A stretch of 64,000 nt of DNA from an uncultured delta proteobacterium (GTDB lineage: Bacteria > Desulfobacterota > Desulfomonilia > UBA1062). The stretch spans positions 30,130 to 94,129 of the forward strand of contig CAWCTR010000002.1 in NCBI GenBank assembly GCA_963798485.1, in the 5' to 3' direction. A model generated the notes under the pieces. It was not told the DNA's origin and searched no databases. It saw nothing but the letters and a program-made list of their open reading frames with translations. Position 1 is the stretch's first letter, and each line of letters opens with the position of its first letter. Positions 41,360-51,132 of the stretch are shown here, piece by piece. Both the position numbers and the translations under genes were made by a program.

Positions 41360-42025
41360 ATGCACAGACATCGAGAGGTGATACAAGAAAGAAAAAAGAG
41401 AGAAAAGGACCAGCGCATCCAGGGCATTCTCTCTGCGGCTAAAAAGGTCTTCTTTTCGAAAGGCTACCAGAGAACCACCATGGATGAAGTCGCCTTTGAG
41501 GCCGAGATCAGCAAACCCACAATATATCAGTACTTCAGGACGAAAGACGAGCTCTATTCGGCCCTCATGCTCCCCTTCCTGGAAGAATTCGGCTCCCATT
41601 TTGAGAAGATCGGAAAAAAGCTCGATGCAGGGCGCTATACAACCGGCAAATCCATTGTAAAGGATTTCTTCAAGGCCTTCCTCAAGAGCTATGAAGCCGC
41701 CCCTGATTCCCTTCGGGTGGCAAATACCTTCTTTCAGCACGCTGACCTCATCAATGAACTCAACCAGAACACACGCCTCGCCATCAGCAACAAGGGCAGG
41801 TATGATTTCGAACTGGCCAGGGGGATATTGGACAAGGCAATTACCCAGGGCCTCATCAAAAAGATCAACCCTTATTCACTATCCGATATTATCTGGGGCC
41901 TGCTCCTGGGGATAACCCAGGTTATGGACATGAAGGCGACAAAACACACCGATTCCGACAAGTACCTGAAATCAACACTCGCGGAGGCGGAGAAGCTCAT
42001 TGCGTGCGCAATAGTTCTGAAATGA
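41360..42025 (+). CDS. TetR-family transcriptional regulator
   Basis: IL.AA..VF..KGY..TTMDEVA..AEISKPTIYQYF..KDEL HTH; divergent from the ACAD/carboxylase operon. Confidence 0.92.
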   Translation: MHRHREVIQERKKREKDQRIQGILSAAKKVFFSKGYQRTTMDEVAFEAEISKPTIYQYFRTKDELYSALMLPFLEEFGSHFEKIGKKLDAGRYTTGKSIVKDFFKAFLKSYEAAPDSLRVANTFFQHADLINELNQNTRLAISNKGRYDFELARGILDKAITQGLIKKINPYSLSDIIWGLLLGITQVMDMKATKHTDSDKYLKSTLAEAEKLIACAIVLK

Positions 42026-42080
42026 ACTGATTTATCCACGGCATAACAAGCGCAGAGGGTCATGTTACCTATATCATGTC

Positions 42081-42770
42081 CTATTCAGGTTCGTCATGCC
42101 CACCCCAACCCTCATACCCGGTCACTTTCCTAAGCTCTCTCGTGAAACTTTCCTGGAAAGCGCCTGCCTGCTTCATATGCTCCAGTGTATAATCCCGGTA
42201 GGTGGGGTCACCGGTCTTGAAATACCTCTGTCTCTCCTCAAGGGATTGGAGCCAGGTGATCATCTGCAGGGTTTTGATCTCACAGAGATGGACGAGTGAG
42301 CGCTCCGGCGTACGCATAGAAGACCAGGCCCGATGCATATAGACTACCTCTTTCATGGTGTTGTTGATTTTTCCAGAGTATTTCTTCCTCAGGCCTCTCA
42401 GCTCCCGCTTTTTACCTGGTGTGGCCTTTACCCGTTCAAACTCATTTAGTTCTTCTCCGCTTGCACTATCTTCCGCCAAGAGGTCCGCCTCCCTGTCCAG
42501 CAGCCAACTGACATATGTCCAGAAGCGCCGTACAGCATCAAGGTGCATCTCTGACTCAAGAGGTGAAAATTGCCCTCCAATGATGGAACTCACTTCGGAC
42601 AGAGCTAGGGGTTCTCCCCCCTCGCACAGATGGACTCTTGATTTCTCGATCCAGTAGCATGAGGTCTGTATCGTCTTGTCTTTGTGAGTAATGCGGTATT
42701 CGGCTTGGGCAAGAGTAGGCATTGCGAGAAAGATAAGGAAGGTTGCCGCAGCAAATAATAGTCTTAGTAA
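42081..42770 (-). CDS. Hypothetical exported protein (start uncertain)
   Basis: Signal-peptide-like LRLLFAAATFLIFLAMPTLAQA followed by about 200 aa; the upstream frame crosses repeats and overlaps pheT. Confidence 0.55.
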   Translation of the reverse strand, partial: LLRLLFAAATFLIFLAMPTLAQAEYRITHKDKTIQTSCYWIEKSRVHLCEGGEPLALSEVSSIIGGQFSPLESEMHLDAVRRFWTYVSWLLDREADLLAEDSASGEELNEFERVKATPGKKRELRGLRKKYSGKINNTMKEVVYMHRAWSSMRTPERSLVHLCEIKTLQMITWLQSLEERQRYFKTGDPTYRDYTLEHMKQAGAFQESFTRELRKVTGYEGWGGHDEPE

Positions 42771-42794
42771 AGGGAGGCTGTGGGCCTGTCGGCC

Positions 42795-42908
42795 CTCCCC
42801 CCCCTTTTCTAAAGGGGGGTTGGGGGGGATTTTTCCCGCTGATTCCCCCTTACTTTCTCTTGCCAAAAGGCAAATCTCCCCTGTCCCTTCTTTATAAAAG
42901 AGGGGAAC
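42795..42908. repeat. Cluster of three short dispersed 'CCCCCCTT..AAGGGGGG'-type palindromic repeats
   Basis: Minus-strand copy AAAATCCCCCCCAACCCCCCTTTAGAAAAGGGGGG; plus-strand copy AAATCTCCCCTGTCCCTTCTTTATAAAAGAGGGGAA; degenerate middle copy at 42841-42870. Confidence 0.65.
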
Positions 42909-43015
42909 TTTCTGGTCATGATAAAATATCTGCTCTGAATAATGCACTGTATGTATGCCGGATTGCCAGTTAATGGAGATTCCCCCGGTAAAGCCGGTGG
43001 TTATTCTTGATGAAA

Positions 43016-45370
43016 TTACTGCCGCAGTTCGATACCGAGATCCGTCTGGAGGGTTTTTATGATTGTGCCCTGCCATTCATTGATCATCGTATCTTCCAGG
43101 GTGCGGACATCAGACTGATAGGTGATGCGGATAGTGATACCCTTCTTCCCGGGGGGCAGCTTCTCGCCGGTGTAGAGGTCCACTGCGGCAACCTGCCGGA
43201 TCTCACCTATCCCTTTGCCCTGTATGGCCTTGACGATATCCGTATACGCAATCGTACTACCCACAACCATGGAGAGGTCTCTCCAGGTGGACGGAAACTT
43301 GGGGATCTCTTTCAGCCCCTGCCACTTCTTCTCAAGGATGGCCTCCATGGAGAGCTCCAGGGCATAGATGTCGCCCTCGATGTCGAGCATGGTGAGGATA
43401 TCGCCATGAAGGCAGCCCATGGTGCCGATGGCTTGGGAATCCTTGAACACATCCGCCTGGTACCCGGCCTTGTAAAAGGGATGGTTCGAGGATTTAAGCT
43501 CTATGGCCCCGAGCAGCTTCTCGGCAAGCCCCTTGATATCATAGAAATCGACCGCCCTGCCCTTTTCCGACCAGTGGCTGTCAAAACGCTGGCCCGTCAT
43601 GGCAATACCGATCCTTAAATATTCATCGGGCAGCCTTTGAGAGGCATTCGGCAGGAAGCACTTGCCGACCTCGAATATGGCAATATCGCGCACCGCGAGC
43701 TTCCTGTTGCGTTCGATGGCCCCTGCAAGCCCGGGCAGAAGCGACATGCGCATGACCTTCATCTCGTCGGATATGGGGTTTAAGAGATCAAGGGTATCGG
43801 TTGTGAACATTGCCTTCCAGCGCGGCGCAATAAACGAATAGGTCACCACCTCGGTCAACCCGGCGGCAGCAAGGCTGAGCCTGAGATTGAAAATACCATT
43901 CTCCCCGGAGGCCGCCTTATCGGGTCTGTAGGAGGGGAGTCCGGGCTCCACTTTATCCATGCCGTAGACCCTTATGAACTCTTCCACCAGGTCGATCTCG
44001 CGGCCAAGGTCATGCCGGAACACGGGTACCGAGATTATCCAGCCTGCCTCGTCGCCCCTGACCTCACAGCCAAGCCCGGTAAAAATGCGCTCCACATCGG
44101 AGGCCTTGATATCGAAGATGCCGAGAACCTTTTCCAGATATGACCTTCTGAGCTCCACCGCTTTCTTTTCATACTTGAAATAATTAACATCAATAACGCC
44201 CTTGAAGACCTTGGCATCTGCAAACTGCGCCATGAGCCAGGCTGCCCGGTCGGCGGCCTCTACCTGGATGGAAGGGTCAATGCCCCGCTCGAACCGGTAG
44301 GATGCCTCGGTGGAAAGGCCTAATCCCCTGGAGGTGCGCTGAATACCTTTTGGGTCGAAAAATGCGCTCTCCAACACCACGCTGCTCGTGGTCAAGAGGA
44401 CCTCCGAGTTTTCACCGCCCATGACCCCTGCCAAAGCCACGGGTTTCTGTTTGTCGCAGATGAGGAGGTCTTCGGCGCGAAGCGTCCTTTCAACCGAGTC
44501 CAGGGTGACGAATTGCTCCCCTTCCTTTGCCTTGCGCACAACGATGCCGTTGCCTGCGACCAGGGTGGAATCAAAGGCGTGGAGAGGCTGGCCGTATTCC
44601 AGCATGACATAGTTGGTAATGTCCACCACATTGCTGATGGCCCGAACCCCTGAGGTGAACAAGCGATTGCGCATGGAAAACGGGCTTTTCTTTATGACAA
44701 TGCCGTTCATGAAACGGGCCGAATAACGCGGACACCCCTCAGGCGAGAGGATCTCCACACTCAGGACCGAGTTAATATGCGTATCTTCTTCCTTGATGGT
44801 GAATACCGGTTTTTTCAGTTTTCTGCCGAAGAGCGCGGCAAGCTCGCGGGCAATGCCCATGACCGAGAGGCAGTCGCCCCTGTTGGGCGTGACGTTTACC
44901 TCAAGCACCCAGTCCTCAAGGCCTAATGCATCGACGAGCACGTCACCCGGCTTAACATCCACATCAAATTCCATGATGCCGGTATGGTCGTCGGTAAGCC
45001 CGAGCTCCCGCTCGGAGAGCAGTATGCCGAATGACTCAACGCCGCGGATCTTGGCCTTCTTCACGAGCATGCCCCGCCCCAGGTCGCATCCCACCGGCGC
45101 AAAGGAGCTCATCATGCCCGTCCTCGTGTTCGGAGCCCCGCAGATCACCTGGAGGCTTTCCTTGCCGGTGTCCACGGTGCAGACAAAGAGCTTGTCGGCA
45201 TCCGGGTGTTTCCTGGCCTCCACGACGCGGGCGCAGATGACTTCTGGCGGGATGCTCTGATGGGTGATATCTTCCACCTCGGTGCCGCTCATGGTGAGCG
45301 CCGAGGCAGCGGTATACGCATCCACATCGATCTCGACGAATTCCTTGATCCAGTTGTAGCTGATCTTCAT
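43016..45370 (-). CDS. pheT: Phenylalanine--tRNA ligase beta subunit
   Basis: MKISYNWIKEF, HPDADKL, ICGAPN, TPNRGDCLS, YGQPLHAFD, SYRFERG and FP...RDLS motifs. Confidence 0.97.
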   Translation of the reverse strand: MKISYNWIKEFVEIDVDAYTAASALTMSGTEVEDITHQSIPPEVICARVVEARKHPDADKLFVCTVDTGKESLQVICGAPNTRTGMMSSFAPVGCDLGRGMLVKKAKIRGVESFGILLSERELGLTDDHTGIMEFDVDVKPGDVLVDALGLEDWVLEVNVTPNRGDCLSVMGIARELAALFGRKLKKPVFTIKEEDTHINSVLSVEILSPEGCPRYSARFMNGIVIKKSPFSMRNRLFTSGVRAISNVVDITNYVMLEYGQPLHAFDSTLVAGNGIVVRKAKEGEQFVTLDSVERTLRAEDLLICDKQKPVALAGVMGGENSEVLLTTSSVVLESAFFDPKGIQRTSRGLGLSTEASYRFERGIDPSIQVEAADRAAWLMAQFADAKVFKGVIDVNYFKYEKKAVELRRSYLEKVLGIFDIKASDVERIFTGLGCEVRGDEAGWIISVPVFRHDLGREIDLVEEFIRVYGMDKVEPGLPSYRPDKAASGENGIFNLRLSLAAAGLTEVVTYSFIAPRWKAMFTTDTLDLLNPISDEMKVMRMSLLPGLAGAIERNRKLAVRDIAIFEVGKCFLPNASQRLPDEYLRIGIAMTGQRFDSHWSEKGRAVDFYDIKGLAEKLLGAIELKSSNHPFYKAGYQADVFKDSQAIGTMGCLHGDILTMLDIEGDIYALELSMEAILEKKWQGLKEIPKFPSTWRDLSMVVGSTIAYTDIVKAIQGKGIGEIRQVAAVDLYTGEKLPPGKKGITIRITYQSDVRTLEDTMINEWQGTIIKTLQTDLGIELRQ

Positions 45371-45380
45371 GACATGCCCT

Positions 45381-46385
45381 TTAAGCGAACTGGCTTAAAA
45401 ACCTTAAGTCGGAGTCATAGAAGAGTCTGATATCGTCAATGCCGTACTTGAGCATGGCAACACGCTCGACACCCAGGCCGAAGGCAAACCCCGTGACCTT
45501 TTCAGGGTCGATGCCCACGAAACGGTAAACCTCCGGGTCCACCATGCCGCAGCCCAATATCTCAAGCCAACCGGTGTTCTTGCACACCCTGCACCCCTTG
45601 CCCTTGCAGATGATGCAGCCCATATCCACCTCTGCGGACGGTTCGGTGAAGGGAAAGAACGATGCCCGGAAACGCAGCGGTATATCCGGCCCGAACAAGG
45701 TATGGATGAACTCGTAGAGCACGCCCTTTAGGTGTGCGAAGGTGATGCCCTCTTCCACCCAGAGTCCTTCCACCTGGTGGAACATGGGGCTGTGGCTCAC
45801 ATCGAAGTCGCACCTATAGACCTTTCCCGGCGCAATGACGCGTACCGGCAGGAACTGCGACTCCATCACCCTGATCTGGACAGGAGAGGTATGGGTGCGC
45901 AGCAGCACGCCCTTGTTGAAATAAAAGGTGTCCTGCATTTCGCGGGCAGGGTGATTTTCAGGGATGTTCAATGCCTCGAAGTTGTGGTAGTCGTCCTCCA
46001 CCTCGGGGCCCGATGCGATTGAAAACCCGAGGTTCCGGAAGATCTCTTCGATCTCGGCCATAACCTGGTTGATGACGTGTATGGAGCCCCGTCTCAGGAC
46101 CCGGCCCGGTAGCGTAACATCGATGCCCTGTACGGGCTTATCGGTGGCAAAGCTCAATGCCTTCTCATCAAGGGCCTTCTCCATGAAGACCTTGAGCTGG
46201 TTTGAAAGGGCGCCCATGCGGGGCCGCTCCTGCGCGCCAAGGGAACCCATTTGACGCAGGATGCCCGTGAGTCTGCCCTTGCGGCCCAGATACCGGGTCC
46301 GTAACGGCTCGATCTCATCGGGCTTACTGATGTGTCCCAGGTCCTCTAAGAACGCCTTTTGAAGTTCTTGGAGCTGTCTTTCCAT
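45381..46385 (-). CDS. pheS: Phenylalanine--tRNA ligase alpha subunit
   Basis: HPAREMQDTF, LRTHTSPVQ, HSPMFHQVEG, FPFTEPS and GFAFGLGVER motifs. Confidence 0.97.
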   Translation of the reverse strand: MERQLQELQKAFLEDLGHISKPDEIEPLRTRYLGRKGRLTGILRQMGSLGAQERPRMGALSNQLKVFMEKALDEKALSFATDKPVQGIDVTLPGRVLRRGSIHVINQVMAEIEEIFRNLGFSIASGPEVEDDYHNFEALNIPENHPAREMQDTFYFNKGVLLRTHTSPVQIRVMESQFLPVRVIAPGKVYRCDFDVSHSPMFHQVEGLWVEEGITFAHLKGVLYEFIHTLFGPDIPLRFRASFFPFTEPSAEVDMGCIICKGKGCRVCKNTGWLEILGCGMVDPEVYRFVGIDPEKVTGFAFGLGVERVAMLKYGIDDIRLFYDSDLRFLSQFA

Positions 46386-46733
46386 CTATGGACGAGAAAC
46401 AGATTCCAGAATACGGGTGAACCCCTTGGGATCGGTGATGGCAAGATCCGCTAACACCTTTCTGTCGAGTTCTACACTTGCCTTTTTCAGGGCATCGATA
46501 AATCGGGAATACGTTAATCCGCGCGCCCTGACGGCTGCGCTGATCCTTGCAATCCACAGGCGTCTGAATTCCCTCTTGCGCTGGCGCCTGTCACGGTACG
46601 CATATGCAAGTCCTTTGTTGGCCGATTCCTGGGCCACCCTGACAAGGTTTCTTCTCCTACCGAAGTAGCCCTTGGTGAGCTTGTGAACCCTGATTCTCTT
46701 CCTCTTTCCTACAACACCACGTTTTACTCGCAT
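46386..46733 (-). CDS. rplT: 50S ribosomal protein L20
   Basis: [28 protein letters not shown] and LDRKVLA motifs. Confidence 0.97.
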   Translation of the reverse strand: MRVKRGVVGKRKRIRVHKLTKGYFGRRRNLVRVAQESANKGLAYAYRDRRQRKREFRRLWIARISAAVRARGLTYSRFIDALKKASVELDRKVLADLAITDPKGFTRILESVSRP

Positions 46734-46747
46734 GTCCCTTACACCTC

Positions 46748-46945
46748 TTACAGATACGGCAGCTGCTGCCTCACGCCGGCCAGATTCGCGGAATCCACTA
46801 GTGCCGATTTCCGGAAGTTCCTCTTGCGCTTGGTTGACTTACAGGAAAGGAGGTGCCTTCTATAGGCCTTGTTCCTCTTTATCTTTCCCGTGCCGGTAAT
46901 CGTGAATCGCTTGGCTGCACTCCGATTTGTCTTCAGTTTCATCAT
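46748..46945 (-). CDS. rpmI: 50S ribosomal protein L35
   Basis: [17 protein letters not shown]; located between infC and rplT. Confidence 0.96.
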   Translation of the reverse strand: MMKLKTNRSAAKRFTITGTGKIKRNKAYRRHLLSCKSTKRKRNFRKSALVDSANLAGVRQQLPYL

Positions 46946-46958
46946 CCACTCCTCATAT

Positions 46959-47495
46959 CTACTTCGGGGCCAGCATCATCACCATGGTCCGGCCTTCCGA
47001 CCGGGGCTCCGTCTCGACAATGGCCTTATCCACGAGCTCGTCCCGGACCCTGATAAGCATCTCGAGTCCTTTGTCCATGTGTATGATCTCTCTGCCCCTG
47101 AACCGCATCACCACTTTTACTTTATTCTTTTCCTCCAGGAACCGCGTGATGTGCTTGAGCTTGAATTGGTAGTCATGCTCGTCGGTCTTGGGCCGGAATT
47201 TTATCTCCTTGATAACGATGACCGTCTGCTTTTTCCTGGCAACGGCCTCACGTTTCGACTGCTCATACTTAAATTTGCCGTATTCCATGATGCGGCATAC
47301 AGGGGGCGTTGCGGTGGGTGCCACCTCAACGAGATCCATTCCCTGATCCTGAGCAGCTTGAAGGGCCGCAGGCACGGTCATGATTCCAAGCTGCTGTCCA
47401 TCAGAAGAGATAACCCTGATACTATCAGCAACGATTCGCTCGTTAACCCTTATCCTGTCCTTCTCATTCGGTCTGAAAAAGCCGTTCCTAGCTAT
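46959..47495 (-). CDS. infC: Translation initiation factor IF-3 (probable ATA start)
   Basis: INE.I-like RVNERI, DLVEVAP...PPVC.IM.YGKF.Y, KEIKFRP and FRGRE motifs; GGAGG RBS precedes ATA at 47495. Confidence 0.95.
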   Translation of the reverse strand: MARNGFFRPNEKDRIRVNERIVADSIRVISSDGQQLGIMTVPAALQAAQDQGMDLVEVAPTATPPVCRIMEYGKFKYEQSKREAVARKKQTVIVIKEIKFRPKTDEHDYQFKLKHITRFLEEKNKVKVVMRFRGREIIHMDKGLEMLIRVRDELVDKAIVETEPRSEGRTMVMMLAPK

Positions 47496-47526
47496 GCGAC
47501 CCTCCAAAAAATTTAGTTTAAGCGCT

Positions 47527-47555
47527 TTTCTAACCTAGCATGTATTTGTTGTCAA
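47527..47555 (-). promoter_or_regulatory. Sigma70 promoter for infC-rpmI-rplT
   Basis: TTGACA - 17 bp - TAGAAA in the thrS-infC spacer. Confidence 0.55.
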
Positions 47556-47560
47556 TACGT

Positions 47561-49447
47561 TTAGATAACAGGGTCAAAGGACTTTACCAATGCGATGAAC
47601 TCATCAAGGGTAATAGTCTTCTGCTCACCGGAGCGATCCCTGATGTTTACGGTGTTCTCAGCCACTTCGCGGTCGCCCACGATGACCATGTAGGGGACCT
47701 TCTGGAGGCGCGCCTCGCGTATCTTGAAGCCGATCTTCTCGTTACGGAGGTCAAGCTCGGTCCTGATATCCTTATCTTTGAGGATATCGGCGATCCTGAC
47801 GGCATAGTCCCCCTGGGCATCGGTGATGTTCATGACAATGGCCTGAACGGGTGACAGCCATACCGGGAAAGCGCCTGCAAAATGCTCGATGAGCACACCG
47901 ATGAACCGCTCGATGGAACCCAGGATAACCCGGTGGAGCATGACGGGCCGGTGCTTCTCGCCGTCCGAGCCGATATAGTGCGTGTCAAAACGCATGGGCA
48001 GGGAGAAGTCGCACTGAATGGTGGCGCACTGCCATTGGCGGCCGATGGCGTCTTTGATCTTCACATCGATCTTTGGGCCATAGAAAGCCCCGTCCCCTTC
48101 ATTGATGTCATAAGGAAGTCCCTTCTTGTTCAGCGAATCGATGAGGGCCTTTGTGGCCATTTCCCAGTCCTCATCGCTCCCGATGGATTTCACAGGCCTG
48201 GTGCTGATCTCCATGGTGTATTCAAACCCGAAAACGGCCATCACCTCTTCAACCATGTCTATGATCGCCGTGATCTCATCGATGAGCTGGTCAGGCCGGC
48301 AGAAGATGTGCGCATCGTCCTGGGTGAACTGGCGCGTGCGGAGCAGGCCGTGGATGACGCCGGACTTTTCGTGCCTGGTGACATTGCCCAGCTCGAAATA
48401 GCGCAGAGGCAGGTCGCGGTAGCTCCTCACCTTGGATTTATAGATCATGAGGTGGGACAGGCAGTTCATGGGCTTGATTCCGTAGAGCTGGTTGTCCACC
48501 TCGGTGAAATACATATTCTCTTTATAATTGTCCATGTGGCCGGAGGTTTCCCACATCTTGCCCTTTAGGATGGACGGGCCGTAGACGATGTCGTAGCCCT
48601 TCCTGAAATGGATCTTCTTTTCGAAATCTTCCAGCAGGCTCCTGAGCTTGCCGCCCTTGGGCATATAGATGACCATGCCGGGGCCCACGTCGTCCGAGAA
48701 CATGAACAGTTCGAGCTCCTTGCCGAGCTTGCGGTGGTCGCGCTTGCGGGCCTCTTCCAGGAAGTTCAGATACCCTTTGAGTTCCTTCTCGGAGGCGAAG
48801 GCAGTGCCGTAGATCCGCTGGAGCATCTTGTTCTTCTCGTCGCCGCGCCAGTAGGCGCCTGCCACTGACAGCAGCTTGAAGGCCTTGAGGAAGCCGGTGG
48901 ACGGCACATGCGGGCCCCTGCAAAGATCCGTAAAGGTGCCCTGCTCATAAAGCGAGACCATGCCCACGTCATCACCAAGGTCATCGATGATCTCCACCTT
49001 ATAAGGCTCGCCCTTTTCTTCAAAGAAGGCCCTCGCCTCTCTTTTGGGAAGCTCCCTGCGGATGAAGGCAGTGTCCTGCTTGACGATTTCGCCCATCTTC
49101 TCCTCGATCCTGGCAAGGTCTTCCGAGGAGAATGGCTCGTTCCGGTCGAAGTCGTAATAGAACCCTTCTTCAGTGGACGGGCCTATGGTGGGCCTGGCGT
49201 CCGGGAAGAGGAGTTTCACCGCCTCGGCCATGACATGGGCCGTGGAATGACGCAGGAGCCCTACACCTTCTTTCGAATCCGCAAGGACAGTCTCTATAAC
49301 CTGGCCGTCTCTCAGGGGGGTAGCGAGATCCGCCAGGAGCCCGTCCACGCGCGCTGCAATCACGCGCTTGTCTTTAATAAGCCCCCGGACGACTGATGCC
49401 TCGGTAGGCCTGGCCTTGCCGTCAACAATAACGGTGATTTCGGGCAT
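47561..49447 (-). CDS. thrS: Threonine--tRNA ligase
   Basis: [44 protein letters not shown] and WQCATIQ.DF motifs; true start MPEITV after GGAG. Confidence 0.97.
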   Translation of the reverse strand: MPEITVIVDGKARPTEASVVRGLIKDKRVIAARVDGLLADLATPLRDGQVIETVLADSKEGVGLLRHSTAHVMAEAVKLLFPDARPTIGPSTEEGFYYDFDRNEPFSSEDLARIEEKMGEIVKQDTAFIRRELPKREARAFFEEKGEPYKVEIIDDLGDDVGMVSLYEQGTFTDLCRGPHVPSTGFLKAFKLLSVAGAYWRGDEKNKMLQRIYGTAFASEKELKGYLNFLEEARKRDHRKLGKELELFMFSDDVGPGMVIYMPKGGKLRSLLEDFEKKIHFRKGYDIVYGPSILKGKMWETSGHMDNYKENMYFTEVDNQLYGIKPMNCLSHLMIYKSKVRSYRDLPLRYFELGNVTRHEKSGVIHGLLRTRQFTQDDAHIFCRPDQLIDEITAIIDMVEEVMAVFGFEYTMEISTRPVKSIGSDEDWEMATKALIDSLNKKGLPYDINEGDGAFYGPKIDVKIKDAIGRQWQCATIQCDFSLPMRFDTHYIGSDGEKHRPVMLHRVILGSIERFIGVLIEHFAGAFPVWLSPVQAIVMNITDAQGDYAVRIADILKDKDIRTELDLRNEKIGFKIREARLQKVPYMVIVGDREVAENTVNIRDRSGEQKTITLDEFIALVKSFDPVI

Positions 49448-49467
49448 AACGACTCCAGATGAAAAAG

Positions 49468-49542
49468 TGGTAGGCACGCGGGGATTTGAACCCCGGACCC
49501 CCACCGTGTCAAGGTGGTGCTCTCCCCCTGAGCTACGTGCCT
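49468..49542 (-). tRNA. tRNA-Val(GAC)
   Basis: AGGCACG..TAGCTCAG..CCACC-TTGACAC-GGTGG..GGTTCAAATCC..CGTGCCT-ACCA cloverleaf with encoded CCA. Confidence 0.96.
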
Positions 49543-49701
49543 GTGTCAGGTGTTCTCGATATCCTGTATCTCTGATGCTTGTCAACTGTTTTTCACCATA
49601 AAAATAGCCTGCTAGGGCTCTTATGGCCAATGATTGGAATGATCTTCAATGCGATTGAAGAAGAAGAAAGGAAGAAAGAAGAAGAAAGGGGACGTTTTCA
49701 A

Positions 49702-49970
49702 GCCCTTCGGATGCTTCACCAACGTGCCGGCTATCGAAAATTCGCGCCGGTCGAAGAACGAGCCCCGCGATAGCCAAAGGCTGCGTCTCGATGGTTCACA
49801 CCGGTCACCACCGTGAAGACGGCCAATTCCTGCGGCGGATTGGCTGTGGGCAGCGGCCCCGCGTAAGGTCGCGGCATCGTTAAAGGTGACGGCAGGAAAG
49901 TCCGGACGAACAGTCCGAGCGGTACAAGCACCGCCGCCACGGCGGCGACAAGGATGCTCTTGTTTTTCAT
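49702..49970 (-). pseudogene. 5' fragment of a probable MBL-fold hydrolase, frameshifted and cut at the junction
   Basis: Adding one G near 49,765 gives ..GYRGGSFFDRREFSIAGTLVKHPKG, which stops abruptly before the expected xLxDTG motif. Confidence 0.55.
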
Positions 49971-50142
49971 TGGCTGATTAGTCCCGCCATGGTCTCACCT
50001 GCATGAACGATTGATGATGCCGCTATTTTGCACCCAATTGTTGGATGGTTGGTGAAAATCACGACTACACTCATACCTCCAGAGTCCGCCCGTCATTTGG
50101 CGAGTCGTCCGGTATTTGGGAACCGACCGATTGCCCGCCTTT

Positions 50143-50208
50143 TTCATTGGAGGTCAACCATAAATTCACCGCCTTGTAACCTCCCTTGAGGCACGGGGGA
50201 CTTATGCT
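50143..50208 (+). promoter_or_regulatory. Pho-box-like direct repeat array with -10 element
   Basis: Hexamers TTCATT, TCAACC, TTCACC, GTAACC and TGAGGC at 50143, 50154, 50165, 50176 and 50187 (11-bp period); TATGCT 10 bp after the last one. Confidence 0.6.
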
Positions 50209-50286
50209 GGGGCTAGGAGTGTGTCACACTTAGGTTGATGCTGGCCGCGTCCAGCCGGGCGGATCCGGCATCTAACTAAGAGTACG

Positions 50287-51021
50287 GTGTCGTTTATGAG
50301 CACAGCCAGCGTAAAAACGCCCGCGCCCGAGCCCTCGTACTCCGACCTGGTGCGGCGAACGGTGGAGGCTTGCGAACTGGCCCGCGAGGCCGCGGCCATC
50401 GCGGCCGAGGGCATCGCCACCGGATCCATGTCGCGCCTGAACGCCATCCGGCAGTGCGAAAAAGATCTCGACGCCATTGATCTGGAAGTGGACTCGGGAG
50501 TGACCTCGACCATCACCCGCGTTCCGGAGGCCGAGACCCGGCAACTGCTCGCCTGCATGAAAGTCATGATCGGGCTCGAGCGCATCGGAGACCTGCTTCT
50601 GAGCTTTGCCACCAGCGCGCAGGCCGCCGGCGGCCGTCTCGATTCGCAGGACGCTCGCGACTTGACCCAGATGGCGACGGTTCTTGAAAAAATGCTGGCC
50701 GATGTGGGTCAGTCGTTTTCCCAGAAGGATGTCAAGAAAGCCATCGACGTGCTCCGCGCCGATGCCGAGATGGATCGGCTGCGCAACATCATCTTCCTGC
50801 GCCACATTGAGAATCCGGAGAACATCGCGCACCACTCCAGCCTGCAGGTGATCTTCATGACGCAGTCCCTGGAGCGCGCCGGCGACCACGCCAAGAATCT
50901 GGCGGAAGAAGTTTGCCACTTCGTTAGCGGACGCAGCATCCGCCATCTGCTGATGGCCTACGATAAGCCGAAAGAACAAATGTTCATCGAATGGCTGCGC
51001 CACAAGGACGAAAAACCTTAG
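50287..51021 (+). CDS. phoU: Phosphate signalling protein PhoU
   Basis: Two PhoU repeats: E..LD..D...LERIGD and D..MD...SLERAGDHAKNLAE.V. Confidence 0.88.
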   Translation: MSFMSTASVKTPAPEPSYSDLVRRTVEACELAREAAAIAAEGIATGSMSRLNAIRQCEKDLDAIDLEVDSGVTSTITRVPEAETRQLLACMKVMIGLERIGDLLLSFATSAQAAGGRLDSQDARDLTQMATVLEKMLADVGQSFSQKDVKKAIDVLRADAEMDRLRNIIFLRHIENPENIAHHSSLQVIFMTQSLERAGDHAKNLAEEVCHFVSGRSIRHLLMAYDKPKEQMFIEWLRHKDEKP

Positions 51022-51132
51022 TCCGTTCCGCATCGCCTTCCATTTGGCACCGGTCTTTCCCTGACCTCCTCCTAAATCCCCGGCTCTTGACAGCAGCAGC
51101 ATCCAAGGCGAGACTCGCTTTAGCTCCTCCCC

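Noticed and set aside
42920-43076. Full 331-aa ORF 42081-43076
   Set aside because: Its 5' part overlaps the end of pheT and crosses intergenic repeats, so it is unlikely to be translated from there.
49448-49630. N-terminal extension of ThrS in the ORF track
   Set aside because: It reads through tRNA-Val; the real start is ATG 49447 with its own RBS.
49657-49692. GAA-rich tract as a CRISPR or functional array
   Set aside because: It is a short low-complexity purine run with no repeat-spacer structure, and there are no cas genes in the window.
49468-49710. tRNA-Val as the attachment site of a genomic island
   Set aside because: The composition change lies on the 5' side of the tRNA, and no integrase or duplicated tRNA 3' end is seen.
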